Part shown: positions 18,248 to 32,369 of the stretch, piece by piece | How positions within the stretch are numbered: position 1 is the first letter of the stretch | How the letters are laid out: the number at the start of each line of letters is the position of its first letter | Source of the DNA: Patescibacteria group bacterium | GTDB taxonomy: Bacteria > Patescibacteriota > Microgenomatia > UM-FILTER-40-11 | DNA length: 64,000 nt | NCBI GenBank assembly: GCA_035530075.1 | Contig: DATKVM010000009.1 | Span: forward strand, 1,718-65,717 | Reading direction: 5' to 3' | Notes under the pieces: model-generated | Databases searched by the model: none | What the model saw: the letters and a program-made list of their open reading frames with translations, nothing else | What the model was told of the DNA's origin: nothing | Made by a program: the position numbers and the translations under genes

Positions 18248-19228
18248 TCGACGGTTTTAATAAGGAGCAAAATCATCTGTTTGCTTCCCCTAAGGAGGAT
18301 GGTACGCCTGCCCAACCTACCATCCTCCTTACGAAAAGCAAAAACTTCTTAAATTACAATTGAAAAATGGATAACCATAATCAAAGAAAACCAAGGCGAT
18401 AAGGAGCCGAGAAAATTAGGAGGTCTAGAAAAACTAAATTGGGCCATTTTCACTGCTTTATTTCCCTCGAAAACAGTATTGACAATCTTTTTTACTGATG
18501 CTATGGTTTTTCTTAGGATTTAATACCTGTCCTTAAATCCTAAACCTTTTAAGGGCATTACTATTCGTAAGCTTCAAAGAAAACGCAAGACTTAGCGGTA
18601 GTAATGCTCTTTCTTTTATACGACAAATTCCTCTGGTCCCCAGCATCACTCTCTGTCTTAAATATCCTGTCAAAAGGAAGTAAGAATCGGGTAAGGAGTC
18701 TCCTTCAGTTTTTAAGGTGCCTCTCTCAAAACCCAATTCCTCGACCGCCGCTCAAACCGCTCGAGCCGTCATTTTCATTACCACCAACTCTCCCCCCAGA
18801 CGGGAAAGCTCTTGAAGTTGCCTTTTCGCCCACCGGTTTTGCCCAAGACTCTTAGAAACCAACTTCTGGAAAGGCGAAAGCTTCCTTTTCAACAGATTGC
18901 TCAGTCGTCTTTTACTCATATCTATCAGAGCAATATTATTGCCTCTCTTTGACTTTTCAATTCTGGTTATATCACACCCCTTTTGACTCGTCAAGCTTAT
19001 AGTAAACAAACTCCGCAAAACGCCTGCGCTTATAGTATTTACTCTCATATTCTTAGCCTCGTTTTCCCCCATGATAGAAACTTTTAAAGTGAATGTGGAT
19101 AACTTTGGAAAAGGGGTTGACAACATCAATTAAAAGTTCAAAGTGCAAAGTTAAAAGTTAGAAAGCGGAGCAAAAAAATGAAGTAAGGAGATAGAAAACT
19201 TTGAACTTTAAACTGTAATTTTGAATTT

Positions 19229-20608
19229 TTAACTTTGACCTTTTAACTCCCCAACAATTTTTACGGCTTCTCGAAGGCTCTTGATTGTTCCTGAAGACAA
19301 TATCTTGGTAAACCCTAACTTTTTGGCTTCTTTGATCCGCTTCTCTTCTCCGCTAACTCGTCTTATCTCGCCCAAAAGACCAACTTCACCAAAAACACAA
19401 GCTTTGACCGGTAAGGGGGTATTTTTAAAGCTAGAAACAATCGCCAGACAAATCCCCAAATCGGCCGCTGGTTCCGCAATTTTAAAACCGCCGCCGACCT
19501 TGACAAAAATATCCTGATTATAGAGAGGCAAGCCGAGAGTCTTCTGGAGCACAGCCGCCAGCAGCAAAACTCGGTTATAATCAACGCCGGAAACAACTCT
19601 TCGGGGAACCGCTAAGGCGCTTTGAGTGACGAGGGCCTGTATCTCCAAAAGCACCGGTCTAGTCCCCTCCATAGCGCAAACTACCACACTCCCAGGTTGG
19701 TTTTTGGTTTCTTCACCTGCTTCCAAAAACAGTTCGGAGGGATTGGCCACTTCCGTCATCCCCTTCTCTCCCATTCGGAAAACCCCCACCTCGTCAGTCG
19801 GACCAAAACGATTCTTAATCCCCCGAAGCAATCTCAGGTCGGCAAACCGCTCTCCTTCTAAAAAGAGAACTGCGTCAACCATATGTGAGAGTATCATTGG
19901 CCCGGCAATTTCTCCCTCTTTATTGACATGCCCAACCAAAATTGCGGTAATACTGTTCTTTTTGGCAAATTCGAGTAGCTTTTGAGAACACCCGCGCACT
20001 TGAGAAATTGAGCCCGGGCTACCGTCAAAATCCTCTGACCAAAGAGTTTGAATGGAATCAATGATCATAAATATACCCACGGCATCACGAGCGATTTTTC
20101 CCGCTTCTCCTTGGACGAGTAGTCCCTCGGCTACTGCGGCGGCTTCTTCAATAATTCTCTCCACGTTGGTCTCCGGCAAAAGAAGTAAATGACTATTTTC
20201 CGCTCCGGTCCTCTCGGCCCTAAGCTTTACTTGCTCCGGCGATTCCTCGCCACAGATATAAAGGCAAATGGATTCTTTCGGCAGGAATTTAACTAATTGG
20301 AGCAAGAGAGTGCTCTTGCCTACCCCCGGCTCACCCGCCAATAAAACAACTGACCCGGCAATAAAACCTCCTCCGAGCACTCGGTCAAATTCCCCTAGAC
20401 TAGTGGCAATCCGCTGGTTTTTAAATGCCTTTATCTCTGAAAGCTTTATCGGTTTAACCGCTTGTTTCGCGGTCGCTTTAAGCTTTGTTTTTTGGGCCTT
20501 GAATTCCTGCATTGTGTTCCACTGGCCGCAATTAGGACATTTGCCATACCAGCGGGGCGATTCATAACCGCATTGCGAACAAACAAACCAAATTGAAGTT
20601 TTTGCCAT
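19229..20608 (-). CDS. radA: DNA repair protein RadA (Sms)
   Basis: N-terminal zinc finger CSQCGYESPRWYGKCPNC, RecA-like Walker A GEPGVGKST, and a Lon-like C-terminal domain. Confidence 0.9.
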   Translation of the reverse strand: MAKTSIWFVCSQCGYESPRWYGKCPNCGQWNTMQEFKAQKTKLKATAKQAVKPIKLSEIKAFKNQRIATSLGEFDRVLGGGFIAGSVVLLAGEPGVGKSTLLLQLVKFLPKESICLYICGEESPEQVKLRAERTGAENSHLLLLPETNVERIIEEAAAVAEGLLVQGEAGKIARDAVGIFMIIDSIQTLWSEDFDGSPGSISQVRGCSQKLLEFAKKNSITAILVGHVNKEGEIAGPMILSHMVDAVLFLEGERFADLRLLRGIKNRFGPTDEVGVFRMGEKGMTEVANPSELFLEAGEETKNQPGSVVVCAMEGTRPVLLEIQALVTQSALAVPRRVVSGVDYNRVLLLAAVLQKTLGLPLYNQDIFVKVGGGFKIAEPAADLGICLAIVSSFKNTPLPVKACVFGEVGLLGEIRRVSGEEKRIKEAKKLGFTKILSSGTIKSLREAVKIVGELKGQS

Positions 20609-20643
20609 CAGAAGAAATTATACCAAAGTCAGGCTCCTTTGGC

Positions 20644-21222
20644 CTAAGCAGTTACAGCTACACGCGCATAAAGGGAATCTTCAATCGCCTTCTGATTTGA
20701 TTCAACTTTCCTTTTTAATTGGCTAGCTCTTTCCTCTATTAAAAGCTCCGTTATCGAGGTAACTATGACCGCCTCTCCCGGAAGCGGGACTAGGACTAGC
20801 TCCCCTCCCGTGAACCTAAGGCCGTTAGTCGGCACCCGGCCAAATTCGCCCTCAAAAAAAGTCTGAATTTTAGCAAAGCCGTTCCTAAGCCCTTCTATCA
20901 CTTCTAATTTTTTTGGCCTTCCCCTTTCTTCTCGAGCATATTTTAGCCCTTGCCCCTGCTCGGCAGAAATCATCGCCTTAGATGAAGTCGGTTTAATAAT
21001 GCCATCCTCATCGACCATAAATACTCGCTTACTTTTACTTTTCTCTACCACCACTTGGTCGTGGTCGTCTAACTGACCAGGATCCTCAGGGAAATCATAG
21101 CAATAAAAATCTCCCCTCTGCTGTAAATAAAATGGGCCAAAATGATCCGGAAGACTTTTGGCCTCCTCCTTTGAGACGGCCAGGGACGGCTTTATTTCGG
21201 CAGGGCTATCTGGTTCGGGCAT
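20644..21222 (-). CDS. Hypothetical protein
   Basis: 192-aa ORF with no recognisable motif. Confidence 0.45.
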   Translation of the reverse strand: MPEPDSPAEIKPSLAVSKEEAKSLPDHFGPFYLQQRGDFYCYDFPEDPGQLDDHDQVVVEKSKSKRVFMVDEDGIIKPTSSKAMISAEQGQGLKYAREERGRPKKLEVIEGLRNGFAKIQTFFEGEFGRVPTNGLRFTGGELVLVPLPGEAVIVTSITELLIEERASQLKRKVESNQKAIEDSLYARVAVTA

Positions 21223-21330
21223 TTCTCCTCCTTTTTTACTATTTTGTTCATTATAGCAAAAAACCCGAGTTTTTCACTCGGGCTTTTCAGTGACTGCTCA
21301 AGATGGGCAAAGATAAGCACAGTCGAAGGA

Positions 21331-22470
21331 TTATTTATACCCAATCGGCTTCTGGCTCAGAACCAGACCTAGGGAAATCCGGCGACTTTGACGGTCAATT
21401 GATTCAATATAAATATCCACTTTATCGCCCTCATTCAAAGTTACTTCGGGCGGAATTTTGGATATGTGAATCAGGCCTTCGATCCCCGGTTCGATTTCCA
21501 CTAAGGCTCCAAAGGAAGTCAACCGAGTAATTTTACCAGAAAGTTTAGCGTCTGCCGGAAATTTCTTCTCCAATTCTTCCCAAGGGTCGGGCAGCAATTG
21601 CTTAATCGAAAACTGAACCCGACTATCATCAGTGCTGATTACCTTGACTTTTACTTTCTCACCGGCCTTAAAGAGCTTCGTTAAGTCTTCAACCTTTTGC
21701 CAAGAAATTTCCGAAATGTGGACTAAGCCCTCAACTTCCTCTTTGCTCACCAAAATCTTGGCAAAAAGACCGAAAGGCGCTACTTGAGTTATTTCCGCCT
21801 CAAAAGAATCGCCAGTCGCTAACTTTCGGATGGCTTTGGCCGTTCTTTCAATTTTCTCCGCATCGGATATCAATTTTTCAGAGAAAACCAAGCGGTTTTG
21901 CTCACGATTAACTTCAATTACCTTCACTTCCAGTTTACGGCCGACTAATTGGTCCAGTTTCCCCTGCCAAAGAGAACCAATTTGACTCCCGGGGACAAAT
22001 CCCTGAAGTGAGTACGGAGCATCAACAATTAACCCTCCCCGATTAATTTCTCGACCTTTAACTTCGGTCGCAAGTTCACTTTTGAGCATTTCTTCATAGT
22101 TATTCCAAGCAAAATCAACCGCTGCCTGGCGCAAGGAAAGAAGAATTTGACCTTTTTCATTCTCGGTGCTCCCGACATAAACCTTGACCGCATCGCCGAC
22201 TTTCAGATTTTTAACAAAGTCTTTAGCTCTCTCGAATTCCTTACCCAAAACTACACCGTCGGTTTTGGCCCCGACATCGATAAAAATACTTTTGGGAGTA
22301 ATTTCGGAAACGACCCCATCAATAATTTCACCTCTTTTCAAGCCTCGGATTTTGTCGCCTCCTAAGGCCAAAAGTTCCTCCATCGTAGTCGGTTCCTTAA
22401 CGGCAGCTGGCGAAGAATTCTCTTTAGTTTTTGTTTCTTTTTTAATTTTTGTTACTTTTGCTTTCGTCAA
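21331..22470 (-). CDS. rpsA: 30S ribosomal protein S1 (four S1 domains)
   Basis: Repeated S1 OB-fold modules (GxV...G.F). Confidence 0.85.
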   Translation of the reverse strand: MTKAKVTKIKKETKTKENSSPAAVKEPTTMEELLALGGDKIRGLKRGEIIDGVVSEITPKSIFIDVGAKTDGVVLGKEFERAKDFVKNLKVGDAVKVYVGSTENEKGQILLSLRQAAVDFAWNNYEEMLKSELATEVKGREINRGGLIVDAPYSLQGFVPGSQIGSLWQGKLDQLVGRKLEVKVIEVNREQNRLVFSEKLISDAEKIERTAKAIRKLATGDSFEAEITQVAPFGLFAKILVSKEEVEGLVHISEISWQKVEDLTKLFKAGEKVKVKVISTDDSRVQFSIKQLLPDPWEELEKKFPADAKLSGKITRLTSFGALVEIEPGIEGLIHISKIPPEVTLNEGDKVDIYIESIDRQSRRISLGLVLSQKPIGYK

Positions 22471-22584
22471 TGTAATAAATCCACCTTTCTTTATAATTTT
22501 GCTTAGAATCTACGGTTGACTGTGTCTACCGCTATCATTTTACCACTTAAGCCGTAGTCCGTAGACCAAAAGCTCCAAGCTGTG

Positions 22585-22726
22585 ATTTTGTGCTTGAGTC
22601 CCCCGGCCTTGACCTATTTTGGCTCGTAAGAGACAAATCAAGCTTTGCTTATTTGCACTCCACCGATAGGCAGATAGCTTTTTCAAGCCTATTTTGTGCT
22701 TGAGTCCCCCGGCCTTGACCTATTTT
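22585..22726. repeat. 36-bp direct repeat: the 3'-terminal segment of 5S rRNA duplicated about 70 bp downstream
   Basis: ATTTTGTGCTTGAGTCCCCCGGCCTTGACCTATTTT occurs at 22585-22620 and at 22691-22726. Confidence 0.7.
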
Positions 22727-22840
22727 CACAATCGCTTGCGCAATTACTATCGTCGGCGCTGAGGTGTTTGACGACTCTGTTCGGAATGGAGAGAGGTAGT
22801 GCCACCTCGCTTCAAAGACCGAAAGGCTCAAACACAAAAT
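22693..22840 (-). rRNA. rrf: 5S rRNA (ends approximate; about 25-30 nt longer than typical)
   Basis: Reverse complement contains CCATTCCGAACAGAGTCGTCAAACACCTCAGCGCCGACGATAGTAATTGCG (loop C / helix IV-V core). Terminal helix TTTGTGTTTGAGCC pairs with GGACTCAAGCACAAA. Confidence 0.6.
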
Positions 22841-22904
22841 ATTATTTTAATTTTGCACCCTGGAAAGTGAAGAGAAAGTTTGATATATACCACCCCGAAG
22901 GATG

Positions 22905-25968
<3,064 letters not shown>

Positions 25969-26195
25969 AATTTGTTGTTATCCTCCTAAATTCGCTCTTC
26001 GAGCCGCAGTAGAAATCTACTAAGGCGAGAAGTAAGAATAGGAGGACGACCTATGCATCAAATTTCTCTTCACTTTTCAAAGTACATTTCCCTACTTTCG
26101 TAAGGGGTGGACCAGGGCGGTACTGACCCGCCTACCTTCTCATTGCAAATGAGACATTCTACCGTTGAACTACTGGCCCTCAACTTTATCTAAGC

Positions 26196-26240
26196 TAAGA
26201 CCCTAATAAAAACAAAAACTGGCTCGGAAGCCAGTTGCTT
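26196..26240 (-). terminator. Intrinsic terminator after the metallophosphoesterase gene (CTGGCTTCCGAGCCAG plus TTTTTGTTTTT)
   Basis: Hairpin plus U-run read on the minus strand, about 170 nt downstream of the CDS stop and upstream of the 23S 5' end. Confidence 0.5.
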
Positions 26241-26406
26241 TAAGGCCCTGAGAAGCTATTTATCCCTGTCCACGACAAAACGGAACGGAAAGGTAATCGT
26301 TTAGTTTTTGGCTTCTCATGAATTAGCTTTACTGTCTCCCGAACTAGAGTCTACGAAGCATTATACTCAAAAAAGGCCTCGTCTGTCAAGATCGCCCCAG
26401 CCTGTT

Positions 26407-27237
26407 TTAATCGTTCAGAAAAACTTCTTTTTTGTCTAACTCTTTCCCTTTCCAAATGACTTCCAGATATTTCGGTGACTGGGGATTGCGGTTGCCCGCA
26501 ATGGCGCCAATTACTGTTGTCCGCAGCCCCTCCAGCTCATAACTAGCAAAGAAGTGCAAATGCCCCGCAAAAACTTCCCTTACTTTATTTTCCGTCAATA
26601 CCTTCACCCACTCTTTCACCTCCAGCACCACCGTTGGATTCTCCTCGCCCATAATATGCCAAGAGCGGGGGTGATTAAGAGGCATATGCATAAAAACTAA
26701 ACAGCTTATCTGCCAACATTCGGCTACTTCAGCCCGCAACCAATCACCTTGGTTCTGGCCGTCTTCACCCATAAGAGCATTTATCCCCAAATAACTGCCA
26801 TTATCCGCCAAGATGAATTTAAAGTCATTTTTTTTAAAAGATTGAAAATCCGGCCCAAAAACCTCCCAAAAGAGATTCGCTTTTGGGGGATTGCTCGACC
26901 AAAAGTCATGATTGCCGGGAATGGCGTAATATTTAAGCCCGCTTTCATCTAAAACTTTTTTCATCGCTAAAAGCTCCTCTTTTTTCCCCAAGGAAGTTAA
27001 ATCGCCAACAATAATGACGAAATCGTCATTATTGGTTTTGGCCTTTTCTAAGGCGACGGCAAAATTCTCCGCATCGGAATGGACATCTCCCATAACGGCA
27101 AACTTAAGCGGTTTTACTGTTGGGGCAGACGGGGAAGAGGGAAAAAAGAAGCGTTTTATTTCTGTTTGACGGAAAAGGCTAATCCAAACCAAGCCGCCAA
27201 TGACTGCCAGGAAAAGAAGGCGCCTAAAAAACCTCAT
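26407..27237 (-). CDS. Calcineurin-like metallophosphoesterase with an N-terminal signal/TM
   Basis: Motifs GDVH, GDL, GNHD and GHLH. Located inside the 16S-23S spacer. Confidence 0.75.
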   Translation of the reverse strand: MRFFRRLLFLAVIGGLVWISLFRQTEIKRFFFPSSPSAPTVKPLKFAVMGDVHSDAENFAVALEKAKTNNDDFVIIVGDLTSLGKKEELLAMKKVLDESGLKYYAIPGNHDFWSSNPPKANLFWEVFGPDFQSFKKNDFKFILADNGSYLGINALMGEDGQNQGDWLRAEVAECWQISCLVFMHMPLNHPRSWHIMGEENPTVVLEVKEWVKVLTENKVREVFAGHLHFFASYELEGLRTTVIGAIAGNRNPQSPKYLEVIWKGKELDKKEVFLND

Positions 27238-27309
27238 GAAGTTATTTTAACAAAAAATACCAGAGCCGGTTGAATGAGGCTAATATATATGTTAAAATTT
27301 CATATTATT

Positions 27310-27383
27310 GGACGCATAGCTCAGTTGGTTAGAGCGCGTCTCTGATAAAGACGAGGTCCTTGGTTCGACTCCAAGTGCGTCCA
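27310..27383 (+). tRNA. tRNA-Ile (anticodon GAU)
   Basis: Cloverleaf: GGACGCA acceptor, D-arm TAGCTCAGTTGGTTAGAGC, anticodon loop CUGAUAA, T-arm GGTTCGACTCC. Plus strand, opposite to the rRNAs. No CCA is encoded. Confidence 0.85.
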
Positions 27384-27384
27384 C

Positions 27385-27948
27385 TTATTTTGGTTCTTCT
27401 CTTTTATATCTAGCTTCAATACTGCGTGTAAGTTTCAACTGTTCCTCGTCAGTCATTAAACTTAACCCTAATTCTTTCGCCACTTCCCGAATTTTTTCCT
27501 CCGCTTCACTCTTTTCTTCCGAATTGTTAATCACCACCTCCAGCTCTGCGTGATATCCCCAATCTTCACTATGCTTAACCGCAATTTCCACCCCTTTATA
27601 CAAAAAATTGTGTCTTTTTTGGCCGTTGTAAATCATTTGTCCTGGTAGGTGCAAGGCCAGAAATAATTGAGCTAGCCGGTCAACTTCATCAATATGTAAA
27701 GGAATCTCCATTTCTTCCCAATCAAGTTTTTGACCAATTCGACCCAGTTTTAAAACAATCTTGCCCGTTCCTTTGGAAATATTTTTAACCACCTTAAGCA
27801 GCTTGTCTTTGAAGATAAAAAAGTAGGTGTCTTTGTCATCCTCACCTAAATCTTCGGCATTTTTACTTAAAAAAGCCATCAATTCTTGGTGTTTTTCCCC
27901 ATTAAAAAGGGAACGAAATTCAATTTCTATGTTTTTATGCATGGACAT
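27385..27948 (-). CDS. CYTH-domain protein (CyaB/thiamine-triphosphatase-like)
   Basis: N-terminal EIEFRSLF (the EXEXK-type CYTH signature), with acidic/basic residue spacing typical of triphosphate tunnel enzymes. Sits in the 16S-23S spacer and abuts the tRNA-Ile. Confidence 0.55.
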   Translation of the reverse strand: MSMHKNIEIEFRSLFNGEKHQELMAFLSKNAEDLGEDDKDTYFFIFKDKLLKVVKNISKGTGKIVLKLGRIGQKLDWEEMEIPLHIDEVDRLAQLFLALHLPGQMIYNGQKRHNFLYKGVEIAVKHSEDWGYHAELEVVINNSEEKSEAEEKIREVAKELGLSLMTDEEQLKLTRSIEARYKREEPK

Positions 27949-28154
27949 AGTATACCTCCAATAGCTCTAATTGCCCAAATTCGGCCAATTATTCCACCAA
28001 AAAGCCCCGGATCTCTCCGGGGCCTCGACCTTGACCTTCAAAAAGTGGTAGGAAGCTCACCGAATATGACTTTTTTCCGGCAATAGCTTTTTTATGTCAG
28101 CTTAAGACAGCTTTGTTTAGTCCGACTTACGTCGGACAGCGTTTTTTCTCCTTA

Positions 28155-29655
<1,501 letters not shown>

Positions 29656-29946
29656 AAAAAAAATTGATTTTACTCAATTTAAAAAGTTCCTACCACTTTT
29701 TGAATGTCAAAGTACCGTAGCACTTTGATCCTCCAGCAAACGCTCCTTGAGTCCTCCGAATCGGAGGACAAAAGGTAAGTTGCAGAGGGTCAAGTACCTT
29801 GAAAGATATCCTCCTTACCTTAGCACTCGGCTTTTCAGAACTATTTGAGTGAAACTCAATCAAGCTCTGCTTATTCGTTCACGCCTCGGGCTGCGGTTAT
29901 CGGCGGATGATGTGCTACTAGATTTTGAAAAAACTAGATAAATATC

Positions 29947-29968
29947 AAAAAACCCGCCAAGTAGCGGG
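29947..29968 (-). terminator. Terminator-like hairpin (CCCGC-TACTTG-GCGGG plus U6 on the minus strand), downstream of the SpoU methyltransferase gene
   Basis: GGGAATGACCCGCTACTTGGCGGGTTTTTT on the minus strand. Shares the motif AAAAAACCC(C)GCCAAG with the hairpin at 3344-3366. Confidence 0.5.
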
Positions 29969-30049
29969 TCATTCCCAAGACTCTTGGCAAAGTTCTTATG
30001 ACATATCTAAACACAGAATATCAAAATCTGAAACCAAAGTCAATAGCCT

Positions 30050-30583
30050 TCAGCCTAAATCTTCTACAATCTGGTAAAGCACAATTGCCAGGGAAACCAT
30101 CACATTCAAACTTTTGTTCACTCCCCACATGGGAATTTCCACAATCTGATCCGCCATATCTAAAACTTCTTTTGAAACACCTGTTGTCTCATTCCCTACT
30201 ACCAAGGCTACCGGAAACTCCCATTTCATTTCGGTGTAAGGAATACTTTTAGGATTTTGCTCTATTGCCACCACTTTTGATTTTGGTTCTTTCTCCCTAA
30301 GCTCCATAAGAGCCTTAAGGGCCGTATCTTTATAACTCCACTTGACCCACTCAGTGGTATTAATGGAAGCTTTTTTAATTCGCGTATGCGGCGGTGTCTC
30401 GGACTGGCCGGTGATAATTACTTCTTCTGCCGCCACTGCGTCCGCTAACCGAAAAATACTCCCAATATTATAAGTATCCAAAATATTATCCAGGATGATA
30501 TAAATCGGATTTTTCGGTATCAGTTTGGCTTTCTCGGGGTCGACCTTAGCCGCCCGTAACTCCTGGGCATTGAGCTTAAACAT
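30050..30583 (-). CDS. SpoU-family (TrmH/TrmL-like) RNA 2'-O-methyltransferase
   Basis: SPOUT motifs: NIGSIFRLADA, and the GNETTGVS...EIPMWG...SLNV knot region. Confidence 0.75.
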   Translation of the reverse strand: MFKLNAQELRAAKVDPEKAKLIPKNPIYIILDNILDTYNIGSIFRLADAVAAEEVIITGQSETPPHTRIKKASINTTEWVKWSYKDTALKALMELREKEPKSKVVAIEQNPKSIPYTEMKWEFPVALVVGNETTGVSKEVLDMADQIVEIPMWGVNKSLNVMVSLAIVLYQIVEDLG

Positions 30584-30610
30584 GAGGAGATTTTAGCACA
30601 AGGAAGGGCT

Positions 30611-31186
30611 TTAGGGAATTTGGGCTGTGCTTTCCTGCACTTTGGCACAAACAGTCGTGGGTTTACCCTCAGTTAATTTGCATAAAATAGCGGTTAGGGC
30701 CTGCTCTTCCAATTTCTTGGATTCTTCTTCGGTACTACCTAAATTTTCACCCGCTCCCATCCGGGCATATTTACCCCCAAGAATTAAGAAGGGAACATAA
30801 CCGGGATTAATATCGGCGTAGCGATTAAAAACTTCTGCGTCCGCTTCCGAGTCAAAGTTTTCGTGATAGACAATCTGGTCCTTAAATTGGTCAAAGACTT
30901 TCTTGGCAATCGGTTTCTCCCAAACGCAGTGAGGACAAGTACTGGAGCCAAAAAAGTAAACTGCCGGCTTACCATTTTCCTTTTCGATTTCTTTATCCGT
31001 TACCAAAAAATCGCCAACGGTTTTAGGATAATCAGGGGTCGGCTGAGCAGTTGGCGCTAATGAAGGCGCCGCGCTTGAACCCTCAACTCGATTGGTTTTT
31101 AAAAGACTATTCTTCGTCCAAAAAAAGCCGGCACCGGCAACGCCCAAAACTAAAATGAGGATAACTACAGTCTTAAAGATTTTCAT
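30611..31186 (-). CDS. Membrane-anchored thioredoxin-like thiol-disulfide oxidoreductase (CPHC)
   Basis: CPHC active site, an N-terminal TM helix, and an AGGAGA RBS before MKIFKTVV. The ORF track extends to 31267, but that part overlaps the upstream gene. Confidence 0.65.
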   Translation of the reverse strand: MKIFKTVVILILVLGVAGAGFFWTKNSLLKTNRVEGSSAAPSLAPTAQPTPDYPKTVGDFLVTDKEIEKENGKPAVYFFGSSTCPHCVWEKPIAKKVFDQFKDQIVYHENFDSEADAEVFNRYADINPGYVPFLILGGKYARMGAGENLGSTEEESKKLEEQALTAILCKLTEGKPTTVCAKVQESTAQIP

Positions 31187-31223
31187 TTCTCCTATCTTAA
31201 TCACTCCTCCCCTTCTTGTCAAC

Positions 31224-32156
31224 CTAATTCCCACAACCACTAGTGCTGGCGGCGGACTCTTGACCAAGAGTTTGACTGCATTCCAAAGGCAGCTCGTTAA
31301 ATGAAGAACAAATCGCTTTTTTCAAATCTTCCGGCGCTCGGCCACCCTGATATAAAACCTCGTTAATATAAAAGGTCGGTGAACCGGTAGCTCGATACTT
31401 CGTTACTTCGGCGACTTCTTTAGCTAAAAGACTTTTTGCTTGAGATTGACTACAAGATAGAATTCTCCCGGTATTAAAACCGACCGTTTCCGCCTGAGCC
31501 GTCCAACAAATATCGGCGTTATCGCTATTACAGTTTTGGTTCACCAAATCAACAAACTTCCACCACTTATCAAGGGCGTTAGCGGCCGAAGATAGCTGGG
31601 TTTCGGCAAAGGCGCAAATTTCTCTGATATCTTGATGCAGTTCCTGATCGCCATGAAGCGATTCGTACTTGCCGGCAGTGAGCTTAGCACATTCCTTACT
31701 TAAACATTCTTCCGTCGAAGTGTAAGGAAAATATCCCTTACAAGTATCCACATCCCCAACTTGTCCTTGCGCCACCGCATCTTCACATCTTTTCTTAGCG
31801 TTATCATCGTAAACACGGTGGGGACAGTTTTGCTCACAGGAAGCCTTTTGATCAGCAACGATATATTGCGGCTGCCAAGAAACCTTGTCTTTCAAAAGCT
31901 GATAAACCGGCTCCAACCCCGCCTCTGCCTGATTACCATAAGGACAAAAACTCATCACAAAAAATTTCACTTCCGGCTTATCCGTTTTCTTTGGCTCAAA
32001 GGGAGGAAGAGTCGGCTGAGCCGCCGGCGCGGTCGAGGCCAGTTTTTCTCCTTCTTCTTTATTATCAAAATATTTTATTTTGGCGGCCGTTGAGCCCGCC
32101 AGAAAAGCGGCAATTAAAAGGAGAAAAATAATTAAAACAGAAGTTCTTTTTTCCAT
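31224..32156 (-). CDS. Exported DsbA-like thioredoxin-fold protein (CPYG) with an extra Cys-rich region
   Basis: Signal/TM at the N-terminus, SFCPYGNQ CxxC motif, and a C-terminal PTFYINE motif typical of DsbA. Confidence 0.6.
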   Translation of the reverse strand: MEKRTSVLIIFLLLIAAFLAGSTAAKIKYFDNKEEGEKLASTAPAAQPTLPPFEPKKTDKPEVKFFVMSFCPYGNQAEAGLEPVYQLLKDKVSWQPQYIVADQKASCEQNCPHRVYDDNAKKRCEDAVAQGQVGDVDTCKGYFPYTSTEECLSKECAKLTAGKYESLHGDQELHQDIREICAFAETQLSSAANALDKWWKFVDLVNQNCNSDNADICWTAQAETVGFNTGRILSCSQSQAKSLLAKEVAEVTKYRATGSPTFYINEVLYQGGRAPEDLKKAICSSFNELPLECSQTLGQESAASTSGCGN

Positions 32157-32167
32157 TTTTTAAATTT

Positions 32168-32356
32168 TTACTTTTGCCACTTAATCGCACCAACGGCGCA
32201 AGAGTCAATCGCTTCTTGAACTTTAGCTTCTTCCTCTTCCTCCACCGCTAAAACCTCGGCTTTCCCCTCAGCGCTTAATTTAAAAGCTTTCTCGGCAATA
32301 CTCACGCAAAGCCCACAACCAAGACATTTTTCTTTATCCACTACCACCTTTTTCAT
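32168..32356 (-). CDS. Small ferredoxin (single Fe-S cluster)
   Basis: 62 aa with CLGCGLCV...C spacing typical of 4Fe-4S/3Fe-4S ferredoxins. Confidence 0.65.
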   Translation of the reverse strand: MKKVVVDKEKCLGCGLCVSIAEKAFKLSAEGKAEVLAVEEEEEAKVQEAIDSCAVGAIKWQK

Positions 32357-32369
32357 CTTGCCTCTTAAT

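Noticed and set aside
18752-19129. 125-aa minus-strand ORF (MMLSTPFPKL...) in the radA to radical-SAM gap
   Set aside because: Basic, low-complexity, no RBS, and it contains a strong internal promoter-like TTGACG-17-TATAAC. More likely part of a non-coding or leader region. Retained only as a remote possibility.
18130-19228. RNase P RNA, tmRNA or SRP RNA in the 1.1 kb low-coding gap
   Set aside because: I could not find the universally conserved motifs on either strand (GGAAAGTCCGG..ACAGAA for RNase P; a tRNA-like GGTTCGA..CCACCA end for tmRNA; GGAAGCAGCC for SRP). Still worth a covariance-model scan.
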